Of a DNA stretch of 64,000 nucleotides, positions 1 through 6,772 are shown in pieces. Origin of the DNA: an uncultured Acidobacteriota bacterium (GTDB lineage Bacteria; Acidobacteriota; Vicinamibacteria; Vicinamibacterales; SCN-69-37); NCBI GenBank assembly GCA_963752045.1, contig CAVVWN010000007.1, positions 9,978-73,977 of the forward strand. The letters run 5' to 3'. How positions within the stretch are numbered: the first letter of the stretch is position 1; the number at the start of each line of letters is the position of its first letter. A program made the position numbers and the translations under genes. The notes under the pieces were generated by a model. The model searched no databases. It was not told the DNA's origin and saw only the letters and a list, made by a program, of their open reading frames with translations.

Positions 1-489
1 ACCCGGCACGCCGTGACTTGACCTGCCAGGCGTTCAGGTTGCTCGGGTGGTTGTCCGAGAAGAGCAGCACGTCGTCGCCCGGACCGAGATCGAGGCCGCT
101 CGACACGAGGTTGTTCGATTCGCTCGTGTTCCGCGTGAGGATGACGGTCTCCGGCGTCGCGCCAATGAACGCGGCCACGCGCCGGCGAGCTTCTTCCCGC
201 CCTTCGCCGAGCTGCCGCCGATTGGCGGGAGATGGATCCCGGTCGATCTCGCGGCTCGCCCGCTCGAGGACGCCGACGACGCGGCGCGACGCCGGACAGA
301 GGTTGGCCGCGTTGAACATCGCGAGATCGCCGTCCATCAGGAACGCCGCGCGCACGTTCTCCCAGGCGGCTTCACCCGGCGCCTGACCGAGCCAGTCACT
401 CGACCGCGCCGGCATCGGAACGAGGGCCGCCGAGCCGCCAAGGGCGAGCACTCTGCCAAAGTCCCGTCGGCTCCATCCTGTCGCGCGCA
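1..489 (-). CDS. PLP-dependent class V aminotransferase-like enzyme (cysteine desulfurase / isopenicillin-N epimerase type), N-terminal part only; the gene runs off the left edge
   Basis: Own translation of the minus strand from ATG at 489-487: MRATGWSRRDFGRVLALGGSAALVPMPARS...AAWENVRAAFLMDGDLAMFNAANLCPASRRV...VILTRNTSESNNLVSSGLDLGPGDDVLLFSDNHPSN. It has a twin-arginine style leader (RRDF) and the class V N-terminal layout. It is absent from the ORF track because it is open at the window edge. Confidence 0.6.
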
Positions 490-598
490 TGTCGCCCCTC
501 CTCCTGTTGTCCGTCCCCGCACATGCCGGGTCCGCCACGGCCGTCCCGACGACGCCCAGTGAAACGCAAACCCCCGGAACGCGCTATTGTAGGGTGTT

Positions 599-2434
599 AT
601 GCACAGCCGAACCATCGTGCGCCGCCTTGCGCTCTCTGTCTTCGCTCTTGCGGCGGCCACGACCGTCCTTCGGTCGGCGGCGCCCGAACCGGCCGACCAG
701 CGCCGCTTCATCGGCGGTGTCGAGCTCGTCGCCGTGGACTTCGTGGCGCTCGACGCGGCCGGCCAGCCCGTGCCGGACCTGCGCGAGGACGAAGTCACCG
801 TCAAGATCGACGGACGGAACCGCGTCATCCGCTCGCTGCAGTACGTGGAAGTGGCCCGCCCGCTTTCGGCATCGGCGCCGGCGGCCCCGCTGCCGCCGCC
901 GTATGGCAGCAACGCGCCCGAAGACGCCGGCCGCTCGTTCGTCATGGTCATCGACGACGAGTCGTTCCGGCCGGGCAAGGAATCGCTCATGCGGGCGGCC
1001 GTCGGCCAGTTCCTCGACACGCTCTCGCGCCGCGACCGGGTGGCGCTCGTGACCGTGCCGCACGGCAGCACGCGTACCGATCTGACGACCGATCACGCGC
1101 GCGTGAACGAGATCCTGCAGACCATCGTGGGCCACGCACCCCAGCAACTCGACGCATCCGAGGAAGCGTGCCGCACGCGCCGCACGCTCGAGGCGCTCGA
1201 CAGCCTGCTCAGGGGCATCGTCAATCCCGACGGCCCGACCCACGTGCTCTTCTTCTCATCGAGCATGCTCCCGCCCCGGCGGGACTCGGTGGCCACGCGC
1301 GCGCCGGGCATGTGCGAGATCACGCCTGAGCACTTCCTGTTCGTGGGCGAAGCGGCCGGAAACGCCCGCGCCCAGTTCTACGTCATCATGCCGACCGAGG
1401 TCATGCCCGACCCGGCGTACGAGGTCACGAACTTCAACTCGCCGTCCGGATCGGCCAACCCGATCGAGGGCCTCGAGCACCTCGCCGGCGTCACCGGCGG
1501 CGAGCGCATGACCCTCGTCACGAACCAGGCACGCCCGCTCGACCGCGTGCTCACGGAAACGTCGGGGTACTACATCGTGGCGTTCGAGCCGGAACCGTCG
1601 GATCGGAACTCCGAGCATCACGGCCTCGAGATCAGCGTGTCGCGTGAGGGCGTTGCCGAGCGCGCGCGGCCCACGATTGCGATCGCCGAGCGCGTCGACG
1701 ACCCGATCCCCACCGTGACGCCGGCCGACATGCTGCGCGAAGCCCGCGTGTACCGCGACCTGCCGCTCAGAACCACCGGCTACATCTCGCGCGGGCCGAC
1801 GGCCGAAGAACCGCGGGTTGTCGTCATGGGCGAGGCGTTCGATCCGGCAGCCGCGCTCGTGGCCGCCGCCGCCGGCCTCTTCGACCAGCAGGGACGACTC
1901 GTCGCACAGTGGACGGCCAACTCGTCGGATCTCGGCCGGCGCGCCACGATCGGCGCGCTCGCGGCGCCGCCGGGCACCTATCGCCTGCGCTTTGCCGCCC
2001 GCGACGCCGACGGGCGCACGGGCACGGCCGACACGCAAGTGGAGGTCGGCCTGATGGGAGGAACCGGGTTCGAGCTGAGCTCGGTGGTGCTGGGCCTGTC
2101 GAGATCGGGCGGCGCCGGCATGGGCGTCTCGTTCCAGCCACGTCTGGAGTTCACGACCGAGCCGGTGGCGATTGCCTACGTCGAAGTGTACGGCGGCCAG
2201 GCCGGAGACCGGGTTGGCGCCATGGTGGAGATCACGACGTCGGTGGACGGCCCGGCGATCGTCGCCCTGCCGCTCGCGCTCGAGCCCACGCGTGACGCCG
2301 ACCGGTTCCAGGCCACGGGCGCCGTGCCCATCGGCGCTCTCCCGGCGGGCGATTACCTCGTTCGCGTGAGCGTCGGCCCGGAGGGTCAGGCCGGAACGAC
2401 CGTGTTCCGGACGCTGCGCAAGTCGGCCGGATAG
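599..2434 (+). CDS. VWFA-related Acidobacterial domain protein (secreted)
   Basis: 611-aa ORF. A signal-like N-terminus (RRLALSVFALAAATTVLRS) is followed by FIGGVELVAVDFVALDAAGQPVPDLREDEVTVKIDGRNRVIRSLQYVE, the typical opening of this Acidobacteria-specific family, and then a VWA-like core (SFVMVIDDESF...DRVALVT). The stop lies 1 nt before the next ATG. Confidence 0.7.
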   Translation: MHSRTIVRRLALSVFALAAATTVLRSAAPEPADQRRFIGGVELVAVDFVALDAAGQPVPDLREDEVTVKIDGRNRVIRSLQYVEVARPLSASAPAAPLPPPYGSNAPEDAGRSFVMVIDDESFRPGKESLMRAAVGQFLDTLSRRDRVALVTVPHGSTRTDLTTDHARVNEILQTIVGHAPQQLDASEEACRTRRTLEALDSLLRGIVNPDGPTHVLFFSSSMLPPRRDSVATRAPGMCEITPEHFLFVGEAAGNARAQFYVIMPTEVMPDPAYEVTNFNSPSGSANPIEGLEHLAGVTGGERMTLVTNQARPLDRVLTETSGYYIVAFEPEPSDRNSEHHGLEISVSREGVAERARPTIAIAERVDDPIPTVTPADMLREARVYRDLPLRTTGYISRGPTAEEPRVVVMGEAFDPAAALVAAAAGLFDQQGRLVAQWTANSSDLGRRATIGALAAPPGTYRLRFAARDADGRTGTADTQVEVGLMGGTGFELSSVVLGLSRSGGAGMGVSFQPRLEFTTEPVAIAYVEVYGGQAGDRVGAMVEITTSVDGPAIVALPLALEPTRDADRFQATGAVPIGALPAGDYLVRVSVGPEGQAGTTVFRTLRKSAG

Positions 2435-2435
2435 C

Positions 2436-4034
2436 ATGGCGCGACGGGCAGCTCTGCTGTTCGCACTGCTCGCTGCCCTTCACACCTGGCCGCTCGCGAG
2501 CGCGCCGGCGCGGCTGTCGCTCAACTACAACGCCGACGCCGAACTGAACGCGTGGATTCTCTCGTGGGTGGCCCGCACGCTGCCGGCCGACCCGGCCAGC
2601 CTCTTCAACGGGAACATCTTCGAGCCCGAGCGCGCCACATTGGCCTACTCGGAGCCGCTCATCGTGCCGGCGCTCATCGGGGCGCCGGCGAGATGGCTCG
2701 GCGGCTCGCCCGTGCTCACGTTCAATCTGGTGCTCGTCGCCGGCCTGGTGCTCACGGCGCTCAGCGGCTGGTACGTCACCTGGAAGTGGACCGGATCGAA
2801 CGGCGCGGCGCTCGTGGCCGGGGCGCTCCTGGCTTTCAACGAACATCTGCTGATTCGCCTGCCGCACACGGCGGCCTCGCACCTGTGGGGACCGCCGCTC
2901 GCGCTGTATCTGGCCGATCGGCTGCTGGCTTCGCCGGAACGCCGCCACGCGGCATGGCTTGCGCTCGTCGTGGCCGCCACGGCCGCGACGTCGGTCTACT
3001 CGCTGGCGCTCTCGGGCATCGTCGTCGGCTGCGTGATCGTGTCGGGCGTGCTCACAAGACGATGGCGGGCGGCTGCCGTCGTCGCGGCGTCGGCGATGGC
3101 GGGCCTCGTCGTCGCCTCACCGGTCCTCGTGCCGTACGCGCGCCTGGCCTCGAGCGGGGCGACGCGGCCGCTCGAGATCGTGTCGCAGTTCACGGCGGCG
3201 CCGGCGGCCTATCTCACGTCGATGAGCCGCCTGCACGCCGGCTGGTCGTCGGTGTTCTTCCGTGACGACCTCAACGTGTTTTTCGCCGGGTTCACCGCGC
3301 TCGTGCTGGCCGGCATCGGCCTCGTGACTGCCGTCGGCGACGAGGCGCAGAGGCGGCGCGCGCTCGTCCTCGTGCTCATCGCCGCGGTGGGCGTGCTCTT
3401 GTCGTTCGGACCCGGGACGTCCGTTTACGTGTGGCTCTACGAGCACTTCCCTCCGCTCCGCGGCATTCGCGCGCCCGTCCGGTTCGGCTATCTCTATCTG
3501 ATGGTGGTGGGTCTCTCTGCCGGCTTCGGTGTGGCTTTCGTGCTCGCGCGCGCGCGCCGCGGCCGGTGGGCGACTGCCGCGTGTGCGCTCGTTCTGGTGA
3601 CGGCCGAGGCGGCGCACGCGCCGATTCGCACGGCGCCGTTCACCGAGGTTCCGCCCATCTACACGCTGCTTCGCGACATCGACGCGCCCGTCGTGCTCGT
3701 CGAAACGCCGTTCTGGCCGCCCGACGTCATGCACGAAAACGGCGAGTACGTGCTCAACGCCACGGCCCACTGGCGACCGGTGATGAACGGCTACAGCGGG
3801 TTCACGCCGATGTCGTACCGCGAGCGGGCGGCCACGTTCTGGTACTTCCCACGCGAGGGCACGGTCGAGGCCATGCGGCGGGAAGGCGCCACGCACGTCA
3901 TGGTGCACCTCGAACGATTCGACGAACGCGAAAGCCGCGAGGTCGCCGAGAACCTCGCCGGCCGCCGCGACCTCTGGCTCGTGGCGACCGACAGCTTCGG
4001 CCACCGGCTCTACGAACTACGAGGCGGCAAGTGA
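2436..4034 (+). CDS. Polytopic membrane protein, GT-C-like putative glycosyltransferase
   Basis: 532 aa with many hydrophobic spans in the first ~390 aa. N-terminal motifs are reminiscent of ArnT/PMT-like GT-C enzymes (AELNAWILSWVARTL, NIFEPERATLAYSEPLIVPAL). The C-terminal domain looks soluble. Family assignment is tentative. Confidence 0.5.
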   Translation: MARRAALLFALLAALHTWPLASAPARLSLNYNADAELNAWILSWVARTLPADPASLFNGNIFEPERATLAYSEPLIVPALIGAPARWLGGSPVLTFNLVLVAGLVLTALSGWYVTWKWTGSNGAALVAGALLAFNEHLLIRLPHTAASHLWGPPLALYLADRLLASPERRHAAWLALVVAATAATSVYSLALSGIVVGCVIVSGVLTRRWRAAAVVAASAMAGLVVASPVLVPYARLASSGATRPLEIVSQFTAAPAAYLTSMSRLHAGWSSVFFRDDLNVFFAGFTALVLAGIGLVTAVGDEAQRRRALVLVLIAAVGVLLSFGPGTSVYVWLYEHFPPLRGIRAPVRFGYLYLMVVGLSAGFGVAFVLARARRGRWATAACALVLVTAEAAHAPIRTAPFTEVPPIYTLLRDIDAPVVLVETPFWPPDVMHENGEYVLNATAHWRPVMNGYSGFTPMSYRERAATFWYFPREGTVEAMRREGATHVMVHLERFDERESREVAENLAGRRDLWLVATDSFGHRLYELRGGK

Positions 4035-4120
4035 ATCTGGGATCTGGAATCTGGGATCTGGGATCTGAGTTTCCAGATTCCAGATGCCCGTAGATCCCAG
4101 ATTCCCGATCCCAGATTCAC
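4031..4120. repeat. Hairpin built from tandem 7-mers (GGGATCT/GGAATCT on the left arm, their complement CCAGATT/CCCAGAT on the right arm); probable terminator of the upstream gene
   Basis: Read directly: GTGAATCTGGGATCTGGAATCTGGGATCTGGGATCTG ... CAGATTCCAGATGCCCGTAGATCCCAGATTCCCGATCCCAGATTCAC. The outer 14 nt pair perfectly. It overlaps the stop codon at 4032-4034 and sits 37 nt before tRNA-His. Confidence 0.7.
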
Positions 4121-4157
4121 CGATCGAGCTGTGCTAGAGTGGTGAGTCCTGCCGTGT

Positions 4158-4233
4158 GGTGAGTGTAGCTCAATGGCAGAGCACCGGACTGTGGCTCCGG
4201 TGGTTGCGGGTTCGATCCCCGTCACTCACCCCA
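4158..4233 (+). tRNA. tRNA-His (anticodon GTG) with genomically encoded G-1 and CCA end
   Basis: Folded by hand. Acceptor stem is GTGAGTG/CACTCAC, with the extra 5' G (4158) pairing with discriminator C4230. D arm is GCTC/GAGC. Anticodon stem is CCGGA/TCCGG with loop CTGTGGC, giving anticodon GTG at 4191-4193. T arm is GCGGG-TTCGATC-CCCGT. CCA lies at 4231-4233. Confidence 0.92.
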
Positions 4234-4386
4234 AAACCCGGTTCGCGGTTCTCGGGCCACCCGTCCAGCCGTTTCGCGAGGACGCTCCATTCCGCCCGAC
4301 TCTCGATCAGGGCTATCCGGCCCTGACGTAGTCCGTCGCAGGCAGTATCCCGGCGCACGTGCTGAGGAAGATCAAGGAGGAACTCG

Positions 4387-4659
4387 ATGGCGGCTCGTAA
4401 GCGGAACATTGGCCTCGAAATCCTCGAGGGCATTCGGGAGCTCAAGCGGGGTGAGCACGGACGCATCATCAACGTGCCGTCCATCTCGAGCATTCGTGAG
4501 AAGACCGGGCTCTCGCAGTCGCAGTTCGCAGGAGTGCTGGGGGTGTCCGTACGCACTCTCCAGGAATGGGAGCAGGGCCGGCGCACGCCATCCGGCGCGG
4601 CGCGAACCTTGCTGCTGATCGCCGCCAGGAACCCGAAGGCGTTGTTGGACGTCGCCTGA
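4387..4659 (+). CDS. XRE-type HTH antitoxin (COG2944/NadS-like antitoxin of RelE/HigB-type toxins), apparently orphaned
   Basis: 90 aa: MAARKRNIGLEILEGIRELKRGEHGRIINVPSISSIREKTGLSQSQFAGVLGVSVRTLQEWEQGRRTPSGAARTLLLIAARNPKALL. It has the HTH core and the typical C-terminal RTPSGAARTLL...P.AL tail. RBS-like AAGGAGGAA lies 5 nt upstream. Confidence 0.75.
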   Translation: MAARKRNIGLEILEGIRELKRGEHGRIINVPSISSIREKTGLSQSQFAGVLGVSVRTLQEWEQGRRTPSGAARTLLLIAARNPKALLDVA

Positions 4660-4681
4660 CGAAGGGCGCCGGGCTTGAGCC

Positions 4682-4984
4682 ATGGCTCTTACCCGGGACT
4701 TCAAGGAAACGGTCCAGGCGCGGATTCGGCGAGACCCCGCGTACCGGAAGGAACTGCTCCGAGAGGGCGTGCAGTGTCTTCTGGAGGGCGACCTGGACAC
4801 GGGAAAGGCGATCCTGAGCCACGGATTGCCCGGGCCACCTTCGCCATTGCGAAGTGGCCCGGCGGCGGCAGCGCGCAATCCGCGCGGACGGAGGTGGCGG
4901 TTTCTCGTGTCACCTCGCCCGGAGGCCGCACGGCGTCAACGCCGGCGCGCTTCGGACGGCTCGGCGCACTTGAAAGAAACTTGA
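4682..4984 (+). pseudogene. Degraded addiction-module antidote / HTH regulator gene (only the first ~45 codons look genuine)
   Basis: The N-terminus MALTRDFKETVQARIRRDPAYRKELLREGVQCLLEGDLDTGKAIL matches the conserved start of ~100-aa antidote proteins. After about position 4815 the translation turns into low-complexity P/R/A-rich sequence with no HTH. Confidence 0.4.
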
Positions 4985-5009
4985 AACGCGCACCGCGGGC
5001 AGGCCAGCA

Positions 5010-6278
5010 TCATCGTGACCGTGACGCTCTGCGCGCGCGCGCCAGGTCGTCGTGCTCGAAGGCCGAGGCCATGCGGTCGATGTCCGGCTGCGTGAGGCCG
5101 CGTCTTGCTGCCTCCGCGCGCCAGCGCGACACTGCGGCGGCTACTTCGGCCGCGATCTGCTTCGCGCGGGCTTCGGTCAGCTCGAAGTATCCCGCCGCCT
5201 CGAACGCCAGCACCATCGAGGCCGTGTTGTCATCCTCGGTGATCGCCGTCGTCATGACCCGCGGCTTGATGTCGACGGGGACCGGATTGAGGTCGTAGGC
5301 AGGAGACAGCCGCCAGCCGTTCTGCCCGGCGTAGAGGAAGGCGTGGTTGCGCAGGTGGTCGTCGGTGTTGGAGATCAGCACGTTGAAGACAAGCCTCCGC
5401 CAGAGTTGCTCCATATCCTGTTGCGGCGCGGCCCCGTACTGGCGCAGGGCGTCCACCAGTTCGAGATAGCTGTGCATCTCGTTGGCCCTTGCGCCCAGCA
5501 TGCTCATCGCCGACAGGAACGGGACGCGCGTTCCGCCGCTTCGATCGAAGCGCGTGACGATCACAACCGGCTTTCCGGCAACAGCCTCGAGGCTGAATTC
5601 GGGCACGGAGATACCAGAGGCTTGCGCAAGCGACAGGGCGACCGCCTCCCAGGCGACGGTATTGATTTCGTCGTCGCGGTGCGGGAACTTCGCGATCGCA
5701 AGTCGGCCGTCGCGCAATCGCACCGAAGCCTTGGGACGCGCGCCACCGAGTGAAGATCCGGGCGCAAACAGCAGCCGCAGGTCTTCGTCAGTGTCCCGCT
5801 CGTCGACCACGCGTTCCGAAGCCGCGAGGAGCCCTGGCAGTTCCATGAGAGGCGGAATGCGCTGTCCGTCGTCCGCCTCGCGCAGGAATGGTCCCCCTTC
5901 CTGCATGGCGAATCGCAACGCGCCCTGCCTCGCTTCATCGTCAACCAGCAGCAGGTAGTCGATTTCGCGCAGGAAGCGCACGGCCTGCCCACGGCGTTCC
6001 GCCTGCCGCCGCGCACGACGGCGCATGAGCGCGCGTCCCCACCGGTCGGGCGCGGAGTCTCCCACCGCGCCAAACATCGGCATGTCGGCTGGCGTGTGGA
6101 ACGCTCCCCCGCCGAGCACAAGCGCCGGCTCGAGTGAGAACCGTGCCGGATGCCGTAACCACGCGGAGTCGTATTCGAAGCTGGCGGTTTCCTTGTTCTT
6201 GCGCAGCCGCGCCCAGAGGCGCCCCGAGAGATGGGCGACGCCGTCGAGATCGACGTAGACGAGCACCTCGGTGTCCAT
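5010..6278 (-). CDS. hipA: HipA-family Ser/Thr kinase toxin
   Basis: Start MDTEVLVYVDLDGV, with ATG at 6278-6276 sharing one base with the upstream stop. Contains the HipA N-terminal and C-terminal regions, including GSSLGGARPKA and NTDDHLRNHAF (catalytic loop). The 5' extension in the ORF track (to 6629) overlaps the hipB frame and is not coding. Confidence 0.88.
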   Translation of the reverse strand: MDTEVLVYVDLDGVAHLSGRLWARLRKNKETASFEYDSAWLRHPARFSLEPALVLGGGAFHTPADMPMFGAVGDSAPDRWGRALMRRRARRQAERRGQAVRFLREIDYLLLVDDEARQGALRFAMQEGGPFLREADDGQRIPPLMELPGLLAASERVVDERDTDEDLRLLFAPGSSLGGARPKASVRLRDGRLAIAKFPHRDDEINTVAWEAVALSLAQASGISVPEFSLEAVAGKPVVIVTRFDRSGGTRVPFLSAMSMLGARANEMHSYLELVDALRQYGAAPQQDMEQLWRRLVFNVLISNTDDHLRNHAFLYAGQNGWRLSPAYDLNPVPVDIKPRVMTTAITEDDNTASMVLAFEAAGYFELTEARAKQIAAEVAAAVSRWRAEAARRGLTQPDIDRMASAFEHDDLARARRASRSR

Positions 6279-6622
6279 CACGTCGTCCCTCGGGGTTTGA
6301 TCCGGCGCGTGGTGCGGATGCGCTGCGGCAGGAATTCCTCTTCGAGTTGGAGGCCCAGGGCGTCGTTCCTCGGGTCGGCGAGATTGCCCAGTGGCTCCAG
6401 GAGGCCGAGCACAAAGAGAACTGTCGCGTAGATGCCCATGGCAACCCCGGCGTTGCCCTTTTCGAGTTTCACGAGCGTGGTCTGGCTGATGGACGCGCGC
6501 TCGGCGACGATCGCCAGGGGAAGACGCCGCCGCCGCCGCGCATCGCGGATATCGCGACCCAGCTTCCGCAGGGCGTTGCGAACCGGGATGGGGAGGGCGA
6601 TAGCAGCCCGACTTGTCCTCAT
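6278..6622 (-). CDS. hipB: HipB-like XRE-family antitoxin/repressor
   Basis: 114 aa. NALRKLGRDIRDARRRRRLPLAIVAERASISQTTLVKLEKGN is an XRE helix-turn-helix. It lies immediately upstream of and overlaps hipA (TGATG junction). Confidence 0.72.
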   Translation of the reverse strand: MRTSRAAIALPIPVRNALRKLGRDIRDARRRRRLPLAIVAERASISQTTLVKLEKGNAGVAMGIYATVLFVLGLLEPLGNLADPRNDALGLQLEEEFLPQRIRTTRRIKPRGTT

Positions 6623-6700
6623 GTAGCATCCATATTAATTGTCTTTATATGATTTAAAATATATTATTATGTAGTCTAACTAAAGCACAACCAAACCTCG
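6623..6700 (-). promoter_or_regulatory. Extremely AT-rich hipBA upstream region (probable promoter/operator)
   Basis: ATCCATATTAATTGTCTTTATATGATTTAAAATATATTATTATGTAGTCTAACTAAAGC sits in a genome that is otherwise about 70 percent GC. It contains several TATAAT-like hexamers and a TTTAAA-centred partial palindrome (ATATGATTTAAAATATAT). Confidence 0.45.
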
Positions 6701-6772
6701 ACAGCCAGCAACCCCGCCGCCTGGTCCACCGTCCAACCTGCCGATAGCGGCCTCGCCGCTCCCCGGTGGCTC

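Noticed and set aside
4010-4225. 71-aa minus-strand ORF overlapping the hairpin repeat and tRNA-His
   Set aside because: It is a translation of repeat and tRNA sequence. The tRNA fold is unambiguous.
4234-6772. Calling the tRNA-His-adjacent region an intact integrative element or genomic island
   Set aside because: No integrase or recombinase gene is present, and I found no direct repeat of the tRNA 3' end. Only TA genes are there, so I report it only as a possible eroded islet.
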